NCBI GenBank assembly: GCA_963555825.3
Contig: CAUVXB020000002.1
Location: 416,001 to 480,000 of the forward strand
Source of the DNA: Alphaproteobacteria bacterium
Lineage (GTDB): Bacteria > Pseudomonadota > Alphaproteobacteria > JAAXGF01
Reading direction: 5' to 3'
DNA: 64,000 nt
How positions within the stretch are numbered: position 1 is the first letter of the stretch; each line of letters begins with the position of its first letter. Shown here one piece after another: positions 32,275-43,677 of this stretch. A model generated the notes under the pieces. That model worked only from the letters and a program-made list of their open reading frames with translations. It searched no databases and had not been told where the DNA came from. Position numbers and translations under genes: made by a program.

Positions 32275-33006
32275 TTGCCCAAGCTCGTCATCTTCGACGT
32301 CGACGGCACACTGTTGCACAGCAACGCGGCCGACGAGACGTGCTTCGTCCGCGCCTTCGCCGAGGCGCTCGACATCGCCGCGATCGACACCAACTGGCTG
32401 GCCTACAAACACACCACCGATTCAGGCATCACCGAGCAGGTCTTCCGCGAGCGGCTCGGGCGCGGCCCGAGGGCCGATGAGATCGCGCGGCTCCAGGACC
32501 GCTTCGGCGCGCTGCTCGGCGCCGAGCTGGCGCGCCGGCCGGATGGCGCCGCGCCGGTCGCCGGCGCCGCCGCGATGCTCGCCGCCCTGCCCGACGGCTG
32601 GGCGCCGGCGATCGCGACCGGCGGCTGGCGCGCCACGGCACGGCTCAAGCTGGCGACCGCCGGGCTCGACGTCGCCAATATTCCATCGGCCTTCGCCGAG
32701 GACGGGCCTTCGCGCGCGCGCATCGGTTCGACCGCTTGGCGGCGCGCGCGCGAGTACTACGGCGTCGCCGCTTTCGATCGCGTGGTCTGCATCGGCGACG
32801 GCGCCTGGGACGCCCACGCGGCCGCCGAACTCGGCCTGCCGCTGGTCGGTGTCGCCAGCGGGTCGGGCGCCAGCACGCTGTACAGCGAGGGCGTCAGCCA
32901 TGTGATCGTCGATTTCACCGACGTCGGGGGCTTCGCCGAGGCGCTCGAGCAGGCTACGGTGCCGGTCGCGGGCCGGCGCACCAAGCGGCTGGCTGCAACG
33001 GACTGA
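32275..33006 (+). CDS. HAD-family hydrolase
   Basis: FDVDGTL motif I, ATG motif II, IGDGAWD motif IV. Confidence 0.88.
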   Translation: MPKLVIFDVDGTLLHSNAADETCFVRAFAEALDIAAIDTNWLAYKHTTDSGITEQVFRERLGRGPRADEIARLQDRFGALLGAELARRPDGAAPVAGAAAMLAALPDGWAPAIATGGWRATARLKLATAGLDVANIPSAFAEDGPSRARIGSTAWRRAREYYGVAAFDRVVCIGDGAWDAHAAAELGLPLVGVASGSGASTLYSEGVSHVIVDFTDVGGFAEALEQATVPVAGRRTKRLAATD

Positions 33007-33011
33007 ACCGC

Positions 33012-33743
33012 ATGCAGGACTACGACGACCTCGCCCATGACTACGCCGCGCACCGGCGCGCCGAGCCGATCGTCGTCGCGGCGCTGATCGCGGGCGGCGC
33101 GGTCGGCCGGGCGACGCGGGTGCTCGAGGTCGGCTGCGGCACCGGCAACTACATCGGCGCGATCGCGGCGGAATCCGGATGTTCGATCGCCGGTGTCGAC
33201 GTCTCGACCGAGATGCTGGCCTTCGCGCGCCATCGCTGCATCGGCGTCACGCTGACCGAGTGCCCCGCCGAACGGCTCGCATTACCCGACGGCGCGCATG
33301 ATTTCGTCTATACGGTCGACGCGATCCACCACTTCGCCTCGACCAGCGCGTACTTCCGCGAGGCGGCGCGCGTGCTCGCGCCGGGCGGCCGGATCGCGTC
33401 GGTGACGCACTCGGCCGAGTTGTTGCGGGCGGGCGCCGTGTTGTCGCGCTACTTCCCCGAAACGATCGAAGCCAACATCGCGCGCTATCCGCCGCTCAGC
33501 CAACTCAAGGACGAGATGGCGTGTGCCGGTTTCGCCGAGATCGACGACCAGGTGGTCACGTTCGAGGCCGAGATCACCGACGCCGAGATGTACGCCAGCA
33601 AGGCGAACTCGACGCTGCATCTGATCTCGAAAGAGGCCTTCGAGCGCGGCATGGCGCGGATGAAGCACGATCTCACCAGAGGCCCGATCGCGGGAACGCG
33701 CGCCTATCTCGTCCTCTGGGGCGCCAAGGCACCGGGCCCGTGA
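33012..33743 (+). CDS. Class I SAM-dependent methyltransferase
   Basis: VLEVGCGTG, GVDVSTEML, REAARVLAPGG; start ATG 33012. Confidence 0.88.
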   Translation: MQDYDDLAHDYAAHRRAEPIVVAALIAGGAVGRATRVLEVGCGTGNYIGAIAAESGCSIAGVDVSTEMLAFARHRCIGVTLTECPAERLALPDGAHDFVYTVDAIHHFASTSAYFREAARVLAPGGRIASVTHSAELLRAGAVLSRYFPETIEANIARYPPLSQLKDEMACAGFAEIDDQVVTFEAEITDAEMYASKANSTLHLISKEAFERGMARMKHDLTRGPIAGTRAYLVLWGAKAPGP

Positions 33744-34138
33744 AGCGCTGCGCCTGCGGCGTCCTGGTCCGCGACGGCCGGGTCCTGTTGGGCAAACGCG
33801 CCGCCGGCCGGGCGCTCTATCCCGGCGTCTGGGACGTCTTCGGCGGCCACCAGAAGGCCGGCGAGACAATCGCCGAGACGCTGGTGCGCGAGCTCGCCGA
33901 AGAGCTCGACGTGACGCCGCTCGACTATGTCGAGCTCGCCGTGCTCGACGAGCCGCAGCCGGACGTCTACGGCGCGCGCGCCTATCATTTCTTCGTCGTG
34001 ACCGCGTGGCGCGGCCCGGGCCCGACCATGCTCGGCGACGAGCATACCGAAATCGGCTGGTTCACGGTCGATCAGGCGCTCGCCCTGGACCTCGCGCTCC
34101 CCGCTTACAGGGACCTGCTACAATCGATCGAAAGGTAG
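33740..34138 (+). CDS. NUDIX hydrolase
   Basis: GGHQKAGETIAETLVRELAEELDV Nudix box; GTGA overlap with the methyltransferase stop. Confidence 0.88.
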   Translation: MKRCACGVLVRDGRVLLGKRAAGRALYPGVWDVFGGHQKAGETIAETLVRELAEELDVTPLDYVELAVLDEPQPDVYGARAYHFFVVTAWRGPGPTMLGDEHTEIGWFTVDQALALDLALPAYRDLLQSIER

Positions 34139-34153
34139 GCTGCTTGTCGCCCC

Positions 34154-36310
34154 GTGAACGGCATGAAGATGCGCGCTGGCCTCATTCGTCTCGTCGTTGC
34201 CGCCGTCCTTGCGGTCGCGTCGCCCTGCGCGCTTGCCGCGCAGGCCGGCGATGGACCCCGGGCGTGGGCGGTCGACCCGGCGACGCCGGGCGACGACCGG
34301 CCGCCGGTCGGCCGGTCCCTGTTCGATGCGCTGGTCACCGAGGTGGTCGACGGGGCGCCCGCCTACCGGGTGCCGTACCCGTTCGCCGCGCTAACCGACG
34401 CGATCGCACGCCACGCGCCGGTCAGGCAGCTCCTCGTCCCGATGGGGCGCGCGTTGCAGCGCCACGCCGCGGCGCCCGATTTCTTCCGTCACCCGCGCAT
34501 CGTCCTCGCCGTCGACAGCGAGGGCGGGAGCACCGGCATGCGGTTCAAGGACCGCCTCTACCTCGGCTATCAGGAGAAGACCGAAAGCATCGAGGTGATC
34601 AGCTACAACGCAGCCGCCGGCCGCTTCGAGTTCCAGATCGTCGAGGACTACGCGGCCGGCAAGACGCCCCGCGTGGTCTACGCCAACCGGACGCTGTGCA
34701 TCGGCTGCCACCAGAACCAGGGGCCGATCTTCTCCGAGCCCTTGTGGGACGAGACCAACGCGAACCCGGGCGTCGCCGAACGCCTCGCCGAGGTGCGAGC
34801 CGACTTCCACGGCGTGCCGGTCGCGCCCGGACCGCGGGCGATGGAGACCGCGCTCGCCGTCAACCGCGCCACCGACCGCGCCAACCTGTTCGCCGCCTAT
34901 CAGCTGCTGTGGCGGGAGAGCTGCGGCGACGGGCCGCCTGGCATTCGCTGCCGCGCCGCGCTCTTCGCCTTCGCGCTGCAATACCGCATGAGCGGCGCGC
35001 GGCACTACGACGCCGGGTCGCCGCGCTTCGCCGACGAGCTCGCGCCGTGGCTGCTGGCGCAGTGGCGGACGCGCTGGCCGGCGGGGCTCGCCATCCCCGA
35101 CCCCGGCATCCCGAACCGCGATCCGATCGCGTTCGGCGACCGCGTCCCCGCCGAGCTCGATCCGCTGACGCCCAGGCCGCCGCTCGAGGTTTGGCCGCTT
35201 TCGGAGACCAGCGACATCGGCCGGCTGATCGCGGGCCTCGCGGAATTCCTCGCCCCCGCCGACGTCGCGCGGCTCGATGAATTCCTGTTCGAGCAAGGGC
35301 GGAATATGAACGGCCCGCGACGGAACTTAAGCGCATCCTGCGCGATGACCGGCTACGACCTCGCCGGCTGGGCGTATCGCGTGCGCTTCCAATGCGGCGG
35401 ATCGGAGCCCGACGAATTTTCCGTGGACGGGCAATTCTACATCAAGGAGGGCGAGCCGCTCCGGGGCAAGGTCAACCGCCTGTGGATCGAAGGCGCCGAG
35501 ACGTTCGACGAGATCGACCTCGCGGGCGGCGGGATCGCGCAACATGACGGCCAATTCACCGCCGCGTTGCGGCTCAGGCAAAGTTTCGGCGGCCGCCACC
35601 CCCGACGAGCGGACGGCGCCGCCCTCGAGAGCCTGACGCTCAGCTGGCGCGCGCTCGGCGAGGAGCTCACCGACCCCTCGGCTGAGACGTCGCGCCAGGC
35701 CGATACCGGCGACGCATCGCTCGCGGTGATCGACGATTTCGCGCCGGTCCACGACGCGATCGCCGCGATGGCGAACGACAGCGCGGCAGGCCGGCTCGAC
35801 GTCTTCGCCGCCAAGCCGTTCCGCCGCGCGGACCTGATGCGCGCGCTGTTCGCCGAATTGGCAATCGCGCCGTTCGCGTCGTGCTGCGAGGCTGACGGTG
35901 GCCTGCCGCCGATCGCTTTGCCGCGAGACCGGGCGACCACCGAATCCGGCTCGGGGGTGCTGTCGACGTTCTTCCGTTATTGTGCACGCTGCCACGGCTC
36001 GGCCGACCGCTTCCCGCCGAACTTCCTGCACGGCGATGCCCAGCGGGTTTCGGCCAATCTGACCCATTGCGCGCCGCGGCTCTACTACCGCCTGCGCATG
36101 TGGCGGGCGCAACCCGGGAACCGGGCCAAGACGCCGATGCCGCCCGTCGGCTTCCTACAGGAGCTGAATATCTCCGCCATGCGCTGGCGCGACGGCCCCG
36201 AGCTCGCGAGCCTCGATCGAAATGTCGAAGCCATGCTGGGGATCGAGGCCGAGAGCGTTGTGAGCGGCGACTACGAAGACCTGCGCGGGTGCCTACCCGA
36301 CGCCGAGTGA
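34154..36310 (+). CDS. Secreted/periplasmic protein with two CxxCH heme-c motifs
   Basis: Signal peptide; CIGCH and CARCH motifs; TPMPP possible distal Met ligand. Confidence 0.7.
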   Translation: MNGMKMRAGLIRLVVAAVLAVASPCALAAQAGDGPRAWAVDPATPGDDRPPVGRSLFDALVTEVVDGAPAYRVPYPFAALTDAIARHAPVRQLLVPMGRALQRHAAAPDFFRHPRIVLAVDSEGGSTGMRFKDRLYLGYQEKTESIEVISYNAAAGRFEFQIVEDYAAGKTPRVVYANRTLCIGCHQNQGPIFSEPLWDETNANPGVAERLAEVRADFHGVPVAPGPRAMETALAVNRATDRANLFAAYQLLWRESCGDGPPGIRCRAALFAFALQYRMSGARHYDAGSPRFADELAPWLLAQWRTRWPAGLAIPDPGIPNRDPIAFGDRVPAELDPLTPRPPLEVWPLSETSDIGRLIAGLAEFLAPADVARLDEFLFEQGRNMNGPRRNLSASCAMTGYDLAGWAYRVRFQCGGSEPDEFSVDGQFYIKEGEPLRGKVNRLWIEGAETFDEIDLAGGGIAQHDGQFTAALRLRQSFGGRHPRRADGAALESLTLSWRALGEELTDPSAETSRQADTGDASLAVIDDFAPVHDAIAAMANDSAAGRLDVFAAKPFRRADLMRALFAELAIAPFASCCEADGGLPPIALPRDRATTESGSGVLSTFFRYCARCHGSADRFPPNFLHGDAQRVSANLTHCAPRLYYRLRMWRAQPGNRAKTPMPPVGFLQELNISAMRWRDGPELASLDRNVEAMLGIEAESVVSGDYEDLRGCLPDAE

Positions 36311-36340
36311 GGCCGCCGGCTCAGCCAGCACAACCCGCCA

Positions 36341-36406
36341 TAAACGTAAGCAGTATACATATATACGAGTAGCGAGCCGCCGTTAAATGTATACTGCTTA
36401 CGTTTA
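36341..36406. repeat. AT-rich perfect 20-bp inverted repeat between convergent genes
   Basis: TAAACGTAAGCAGTATACAT-N26-ATGTATACTGCTTACGTTTA. Confidence 0.85.
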
Positions 36407-36424
36407 ATGAGGGGCGCCGCCAAC

Positions 36425-38041
36425 TCAGCCGGCGCGGATCATGTCGGCGGCCTTCTCGCCGATCATCATGGCCGGTGCGTTGGTATTGCCCGAGACCAGC
36501 CGCGGCATGATCGAGCAGTCGACCACGCGCAGCCCCTCGACGCCGTGGACGCGCAGCTCGGCGTCGACAACGGCGGCCGGGTCGCCGCCCATCTTGCAGG
36601 TGCCGACCGGATGGAAGATGGTCGAGCCGGTCTCGCGCACATAGGCCAGCAAATCGTCGTCGCCGACCACATCCGGGCCGGGCTTCAGCTCCTCGGCGAT
36701 ATGCGGTCTTAGCGCCGGTTGGCGGGCGATCTCGCGCGCCAGCTTCATGCCCGCCACCATGGTATCGCAGTCGAGCTGGGCCGACAGATAATTGGGCTGG
36801 ATCGCCGGCGGCGCCGTCGGGTCGGGCGAGGCGATCGTCACCGTGCCCCGGCTCTCGGGGCGGAGCTGGCACACCGATGCGGTGATGCCGGGAAAATTGT
36901 GCATCCCCGGATCGCCCGACTGCATGCCCGAGACCGGCCGGTCCGAGCTGAACGGCAGCAGGTGGAACTGGACGTCGGGGGTCTCGAGTTCGGGCCGGGT
37001 GCGCGCGAAGACGCCGACCTGGCCGGCGCAGATCGTCATCGGCCCGGTGCGGAACAGCGCATAGCGAAGCGCGATGCGCAGCTTGCCCCAGACCGACCCG
37101 AGCTCGTCGTTGATCGTGCACGGCTTGAGGCAGCGGTAAACGTTCTTGGCCTGCAGGTGGTCCTGCAGGTTGGCGCCGACGCCGTCGAGCGCGTGCACCA
37201 CATCGATGCCGTGTTCGCCGAGCAGCGCGCCCGGTCCGATGCCCGAGAGCTGCAGGAGCTGCGGCGAGTTGATCGAGCCGCCCGAGAGGATCACCTCGCG
37301 CCGGGCATGCGCGGAACGCGGCGCGCCGTCTTGGCTGTATTCGACGCCGACCGCGCGCCGGCCCTCGAAACGCACCCGGCTGGCCAGCGCATGGATGTCG
37401 ATGCGCAGGTTGGGCCGCTTGCGCGCCGGCTTGAGATAGCCGACCGCGGCGCTGCAGCGTCGGCCATTGCGGCTGGTCAGCTGGTACGGGCCGGCGCCTT
37501 CCTGGGTCGGTCCGTTGAAGTCGTCGTTGCGCGGCAGCCCGGCCTCGACGGCGGCCTCGATATAGGCGTCGCAGACCTCGCGGTCGTCGGTCAGGTTGGC
37601 GACGCCGAGCGGCCCGCCGACGCCGTGCAGCGAGTCGGCGCCGCGCTCCTGGTCCTCGGACTTCTTGAAGTAGGGCAGCACGTCGTCCCATGCCCAGCCG
37701 ACATTGCCGAGCTGGCGCCAATGGTCGTAGTCCCGGTGCTGGCCGCGGATGTAGATCAGGCCGTTGATCGATGACGAGCCGCCGAGCACCTTGCCGCGCG
37801 GCCAGATGTGGGTACGGCCGTTGACGCCGGGGTCGGGCTCAGTCGCGTAGTTCCAGCTCAGCTCGGGGTCGAACATGGTGCGGAAATAACCGACCGGAAT
37901 GTGGATCCACGGGTTGCGGTCCTTGCCGCCGGCCTCGAGCAGCAGCACCTTGTTGTTGGGATCCTCGGTGAGCCGGCTGGCGACAGCGCAGCCGGCCGAG
38001 CCGGCGCCGACGACGATGTAATCGAATTCCTGATCGCTCAT
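36425..38041 (-). CDS. GMC oxidoreductase (choline dehydrogenase-like)
   Basis: DYIVVGAGSAG, RGKVLGGSSSING, GVGANLQDH, HPVGTCKMG, GNTNAPAMMIGEK. Confidence 0.93.
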   Translation of the reverse strand: MSDQEFDYIVVGAGSAGCAVASRLTEDPNNKVLLLEAGGKDRNPWIHIPVGYFRTMFDPELSWNYATEPDPGVNGRTHIWPRGKVLGGSSSINGLIYIRGQHRDYDHWRQLGNVGWAWDDVLPYFKKSEDQERGADSLHGVGGPLGVANLTDDREVCDAYIEAAVEAGLPRNDDFNGPTQEGAGPYQLTSRNGRRCSAAVGYLKPARKRPNLRIDIHALASRVRFEGRRAVGVEYSQDGAPRSAHARREVILSGGSINSPQLLQLSGIGPGALLGEHGIDVVHALDGVGANLQDHLQAKNVYRCLKPCTINDELGSVWGKLRIALRYALFRTGPMTICAGQVGVFARTRPELETPDVQFHLLPFSSDRPVSGMQSGDPGMHNFPGITASVCQLRPESRGTVTIASPDPTAPPAIQPNYLSAQLDCDTMVAGMKLAREIARQPALRPHIAEELKPGPDVVGDDDLLAYVRETGSTIFHPVGTCKMGGDPAAVVDAELRVHGVEGLRVVDCSIMPRLVSGNTNAPAMMIGEKAADMIRAG

Positions 38042-39562
38042 GATGCGATGATGCGGCGAAGTGCCGGCCGTGGCTACCCGAATCCGCGTCTCAGGCGATG
38101 CCGCCGACGTCCGTCATGGCCCCATCCACGCCGCCTGCCCCGGAAAACCGATGCCCGGCCATGGCGGGGCCAGGCGCGCGCCTTGCACAGCGGCGGCGCC
38201 GGTGGGACGCAAGCGGGGCCGTCGCCTGGCGACGTTCCGGTTTGAGATGTGATGCACCGAACGCGCAACGCGGACTCGAATGTCGACTTTCGGAGTACCA
38301 ACGGACGCTCAGGCCTACCCCTTGGAATGTCCGGGTATAGCTGCCGCCTCAACCGGTCGATGCAACACAAGCGTTGAATCTCTCTGCCGGTGTTTCAAAC
38401 CCCAAGGTTTTGCGTGGCCGTTCGTTGAGCTGACGCGCCACTTTGTTCAGATGAGCCTGCGAGTATACCGACACGTCGGTGCCTTTGGGGAAGTACTGTC
38501 TGAGCAGGCCATTAGTGTTCTCATTGGAACCCCGTTGCCACGGGCTTTGCGGATCACAGAAGTAGACATCGATGTCGGTCGCCAAGCTGAACCGGCGATG
38601 GTCCGCGAGTTCCTTGCCCCGGTCCCAGGTCAGGGACTTGTAGAGCTCGGTCGGCAGCTTCCTCGCCTGCCTGATGAGCGCGGATACCACTGTCAGGGTT
38701 TCCTTGTTGGCAACCTTTACCAACATCACGTAACGCGTTTGACGTTCGACCAGGGTCGCGATGTAGCTGTTCTTCGATCCCGACAACAGATCACCTTCCC
38801 AGTGACCCGGCACCGCCCGATCTTCGACCGAGGCCGGGCGCTCACGGATCGACACCATGTCCGTGATTTGACCCCGGCCAACGGCTTTCCGGCGCGCCTC
38901 TTTCGAGCGTCGGATCGTGCGCTTCGATCGAAGATGCTGAAGCAGCTCCTTCTTAAGCACACCGCGGGCTTGAACAAACAAACTGCGATAGATCGTCTCG
39001 TGAGACACCTGATAAGACCCAGCTCCTGGATGCGCTCGCTTGAGCCATCCGGCGATCTGCTCCGGTGACCAGTTCAACCCGAGCTTCATCGCCACCACCC
39101 GCCGCATCCCCGAACTCAGTGCCAGCTTACATCGCTTCGGGCGTCGCGCTCGAGCCCAGGCCATGTCATCGGCAAGCGCGGCACGATACTGATCATAACC
39201 GCCATTGCGGCGAACTTCCCGGCTCACCGTCGAGGGCGACCGGCTCAGCAACAACGCCATCGATCGGATCGAGTGCCGGGCCACGATCCCCCGTGAGATC
39301 TCCTCGCGTTCCCATAGGCTCAACGCCAGCCGCGAGCGCCGTCGTGGCGAAGGCCGGATCCCGCCGTGCGGCGATAGTTGGAAATAAATCGACGACGACG
39401 GCTTACCAAACACCCGACCAATCGCCTTCAACGACTCCCCGCGTTGCCAGCGGTCCCAAAGCTCCGTCTTCTCTGCCGAACTGAACCCTCGACCATTTCT
39501 TCGCGTCATCTGCATACACTCCATCTCTTCGTTCAAGATAAAGTGTTGCGTCGACCCATTGA

Positions 39563-42120
39563 TACCAGTGAGCCTATGAAATCACCTTCATGATCCATGG
39601 ATAGGCGCAGAGGGTTCGCATACGATCCGGTTCTGCGATGAGGTCGATCCATGCTTGGCAACAGGCGTCGATGATGGCCTCGGTGTCGTCGAGGACGCGG
39701 AGCGATAGGAAGCGTTCGCGTAGGTAGAGCCAAACCCGCTCGACGGGGTTGAGTTCGGGACGAGCTATAACCGAATCTTGTGTACGGCGTTGAAATGAAG
39801 GCGGCGTATCCTGGTGATTGTTGATGTCACCACTTGAGCTAAGCCAAGGAAGGATACGCCATGAAAGAGAATACCGTTGTTGCTTTTCAAAACCCATCTG
39901 ATTTTCAGAAAGATCCGTTGACGGAAGTCCTACAAGCTGGAGCTCGCGAGTTGTTGGCCCAAGCCGTTGAGGCCGAGGTCTCCGTGTTTTTGGGTAGCCA
40001 TGCGGCGCTTGTTGACGCCGCCGGCCGCCGCCGGGTTGTCCGCAATGGATATCTGCCGGAACGCTTCATCCAGACCGGGATCGGCCCGGTGAGCGTGCGC
40101 CAACCCCGTGTGCGGGACCGGGGGGACGGCGCCATCCGCTTCACGTCGGCGATCCTGCCGCGCTATCTGCGCCGCGCCAAGAGCCTGGAAGACCTTTTGC
40201 CATGGCTGTATCTGAAGGGCATTTCCACCGGCGACTTCGGGGAAGCCTTGGCGGCGCTCCTGGGGAGCTCCGCGCCGGGGCTTTCGGCCTCCACGATCAC
40301 CCGGCTGAAAGAGGTCTGGGGGGTTGAGGCGGAGCGCTGGCAACGGCGCGACCTCACGGCCAAGCGCTACGTCTATTTCTGGGTGGACGGCATCTATTTC
40401 AGCGCCCGCATGGAGGAAGAGAAGCAGTGCATCCTGGTGATCGTCGGGGCCACGGACAAGGGACAGAAGGAACTGATCGCCATCGCCGACGGCTATCGCG
40501 AAAGTGAGCAGTCCTGGCTCGAAGTTCTGCTCGATCTCAAGCGGCGCGGCCTTGAAATGGGTCCGCAACTGGCGCTCGGCGACGGCGCGCTCGGCTTCTG
40601 GAAGGCGCTCCGCCAAGTCTACCCAGGCGCCCGCGAGCAACGCTGCTGGGTTCACAAGACGGGCAACGTCTTGAACAAGCTGCCCAAGGGTCTGCAAAAG
40701 AAAGCCAAGGGGCGCCTGCAAGACATCTGGATGGCCGAAACCAGGAAGGATGCCGAGAGCGCCTTCGACTTCTTCCTGGAAGCCTACGGGCCGAAGTACG
40801 ACAAGGCCGCGGCCTGCCTGGCCAAGGACCGCGACGTCCTGCTGACGTTCTACGACTTCCCCGCCGAGCACTGGAAGCATGTACGCACGACCAACCCCAT
40901 CGAGAGCACGTTCGCCACGGTTCGTCTGCGCACCTACCGGACCAAGGGCTGCCTGTCGCGCAAGACGGCGATGGCCATGGTCTTCAAACTATGCCAGTGC
41001 GCTCAGAGAAAATGGAGAAAACTCGATGGATCGAACCATCTCGCCGAGATCATTCGCGGCGTCAAATTCGTAGATGGAGAACGCCAGGATCGCGCCGCCG
41101 CATGATCAGCCCATACACAACTTTTGACAATAGCTCTTCGGGACTGTAAGGCGGCAACAGCGCCAAGGTGACGTTGTCGGGGACGGTGAGGGCGCGCTCG
41201 TCGTGCCAACCGGCGCCGTCGCACATCATGACGGCGTGCGCATCCTGGTCCAGGGTATCGGCGAAGTGTGCGAGAAACAGGTCCATGACCTTGGCGTTGA
41301 CGCTCGGCATCACCAGGGTGACGTCGTCGCCGGTGTCCGGGCGCACGGCGGAGAAGATGTAGGCCCACTGGTAGCCGATTTGACGCGTCCCGGGGGCACG
41401 CTCGCCCCTGCGCCACCACCGGTGACACACCCGGCCCTTGTTGCCGACGCGCGCTTCATCCTGAAACCACAGCTGTAGGCGCTTGTCGGGATGCGCCGCG
41501 GCGGTCGCCTTCAGGATGTCGCGAAGCCCCCTTTTTTGAAGCGCTCCTGCGCTTCGGCGTCCCTTCGCGGGTGGCTCGGGCGCGCCTTCTGGCGGGAAAA
41601 TCCCATCCGCCGTAGAACCCGGGTCATGCTCGAGGGGTGGTAGGTCTTGGCGAAGCGCTCCTCCAGCCAGCGGCACAGATCGGCCCGGGTCCAGGCGCAA
41701 ACCCCGTCGCGCTCAGGCTCCGGCCCGGCGATGATGACCGCCGCCAGCGCCGCTTCCTCGTCTGCCGTCAGCCGCCGCGGCGAGTAGCCCTTTGGACGGT
41801 CGTGAAGCCCCTCCAATCCCTTTGCATTGTAACGAACAACCGCGTCGCGAAGCGTTTGGCGATCCATCCCCGCAAGCCGCGCGGCATCAGCCCGGGGCAT
41901 CTCCTCCAAAGCATTCGCGATCCCATAGGCCCGCGCCGCCGCTCGACCGTACGATTCCACGCGAGCCCAGCGCCGAAGCTCCAAAGGCGTCAAATCATCC
42001 CGTATCTTGAGTGCTGATCCCATGACATCCCCCACATCTGGTGGGAGACCATAGAATCACAATCCGCCATCATCCGCCATCAATGAATATCCCGAGAGTC
42101 AATTCAGGCGCTCACTGGTA
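39563..42120 (-). mobile_element. Second IS630-family element (two-ORF, -1 frameshift type) interrupted by IS256
   Basis: IRs TACCAGTGAGC / GCTCACTGGTA; HTH ORF 41511-42035; slippery AAAAAAG at about 41532-41538; WFQDEAR, CDGAGWH, LPPYSP|ELNPVERVW rejoins in frame. Confidence 0.88.
39762..41136 (+). mobile_element. IS256-family element, transposase 39861-41105
   Basis: IRs GAGCTATAACCGAATCTTGTGTA / TACACAACTTTTGACAATAGCTC; 8-bp TSD TTCGGGAC. Confidence 0.93.
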
Positions 42121-42248
42121 TGAGACCGCCGCCGAGAACGGACATCCGGACGCGAATCGCGGCGTGTCCTCGGACAGCGCTAATGGACTCGCCCTCTGAG
42201 TTTCCATCGACTGTCTTCACCAATTCATTCGAGTCGGGGGGCGCTCCC

Positions 42249-42445
42249 GTGTCAGGTGAGGACATTGAACGCAGGCTTGCCGCCATCTTGTCTGCCGATG
42301 TGGTCGGCTGCAGCCGGCTCATGGGTAAGGACGAAGCCGGCACGCTCGCCGCGCCCATCGCGTTGCGTAAGGAGTTGTTCGCCACCACGGTTGCTGAGCG
42401 TCGCGGCCGCATCGTCAAGCTGATGGGCGATGGGACGGTCTTCGA
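42249..42445 (+). pseudogene. N-terminal fragment of a class III adenylate/guanylate cyclase
   Basis: ERRLAAILSADVVGCSRLMGKDEAGTLAA...GRIVKLMGDG, then truncated. Confidence 0.75.
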
Positions 42446-42490
42446 ACAACCCCTACCCCGATCCTTAACGATCCAATTCCGCCAGGGAGG

Positions 42491-43675
42491 CTAGTGTCCT
42501 GATCGATAAATTGATATGATTATGTCTCTATTTGTTTTTAGGAGGCGCGATTGATGGCGAGAGTGGCGGTGACGATCTCTTTGAGCGATGACGAGCGCGC
42601 CGAATTGGAGGCGCTGTCTCGTCGTCGCAAGACGTCGCAGGGGCTTGCGCGGCGGGCTCGGATCGTCTTGGCGGCGGCGGAAGGGTTGGAGAACAAGGAG
42701 ATCGCCGTTCGTCTCGAGGCGAGCGCGGACACCGTGGGCAAGTGGCGTCGCCGCTATGCGGCGGAGGGCCTCGACGGTCTGTACGACGAACCCCGCCCCG
42801 GCGCGCCGCGTCAAATCGGCGATGACGCCATCGCGGAAGCGGTCCGGCTGACGCTGGAAGAGACGCCGCCGGACGCGACCCATTGGAGCCTTCGCTCGAT
42901 GGCGCGGGCGAGCGGCCACGCGCCCTCGACCATTCATCGCATCTGGCGGGCCTTCGGCTTGCAGCCGCATCGCTCGGAGACCTTCAAGCTGTCGAGCGAT
43001 CCCTTCTTCGTGGAGAAGGTCCGCGACATCGTCGGTCTGTATTTGGCGCCGCCGGATCGTGCCCTGGTTCTCTGTGTCGACGAAAAGAGCCAGATCCAGG
43101 CCCTGGACCGTTCCCAGCCCCTCTTGCCGATGCGCCCCGGGCAGGCGGAGCGGCGCAGCCACGACTACAAGCGCCACGGCACGACCTCTCTCTTCGCGGC
43201 CCTCGACATCGCCACGGGAGAGATCATCGGCAAATGTTTCCCGCGCCATCGGGCCCGAGAGTTCCGCAAATTCCTCGACCTCGTCGAGGCGAACGTCCCT
43301 GCTGATCTCGACATCCACATCGTCATGGACAACTACGGGACCCACAAGACCAAGGCGATCCGCGACTGGTTCGCCAAACGGCCGCGCTGGCAGGCCCATT
43401 TCACACCCACCAGCGCCTCCTGGCTGAACCAGGTCGAGCGCTGGTTCGGGCTGCTGACCGACAAGCAGATCAGGCGCGGCGTCCATCGCTCCACCAAGGA
43501 GTTGGAGCGCACCATCCTCGACTACATCGACACGACAAACCAGAACCCCAAACCCTTCAAATGGACCAAATCCGCCGATGACATCCTCGGCGCCATCCAG
43601 CGCTTCTGCCTCCGAACAATCGAAATCGCTGAACAGCAGGCGAAAATCATGCGAACTTCGGAATCGGGACACTAG
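42491..43675 (+). mobile_element. IS630-family element (intact), transposase 42551-43675
   Basis: CTAG at both ends; identical translation to 3090-4214. Confidence 0.95.
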
Positions 43676-43677
43676 AT

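Larger units (their letters stand above)
38343..42133 (-). mobile_element. IS30-family element, transposase 38349-39536; one IR split by an IS630-like element
   Basis: IRs TCAACCGGTCGATGCAACAC / GTGTTGCGTCGACCCATTGA..GACCGCC; motifs WSPEQI, SHETIY, GHWEGD, DRGKE, WQRGSNENTNGLLRQYFPKG. Exact ends approximate. Confidence 0.85.
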
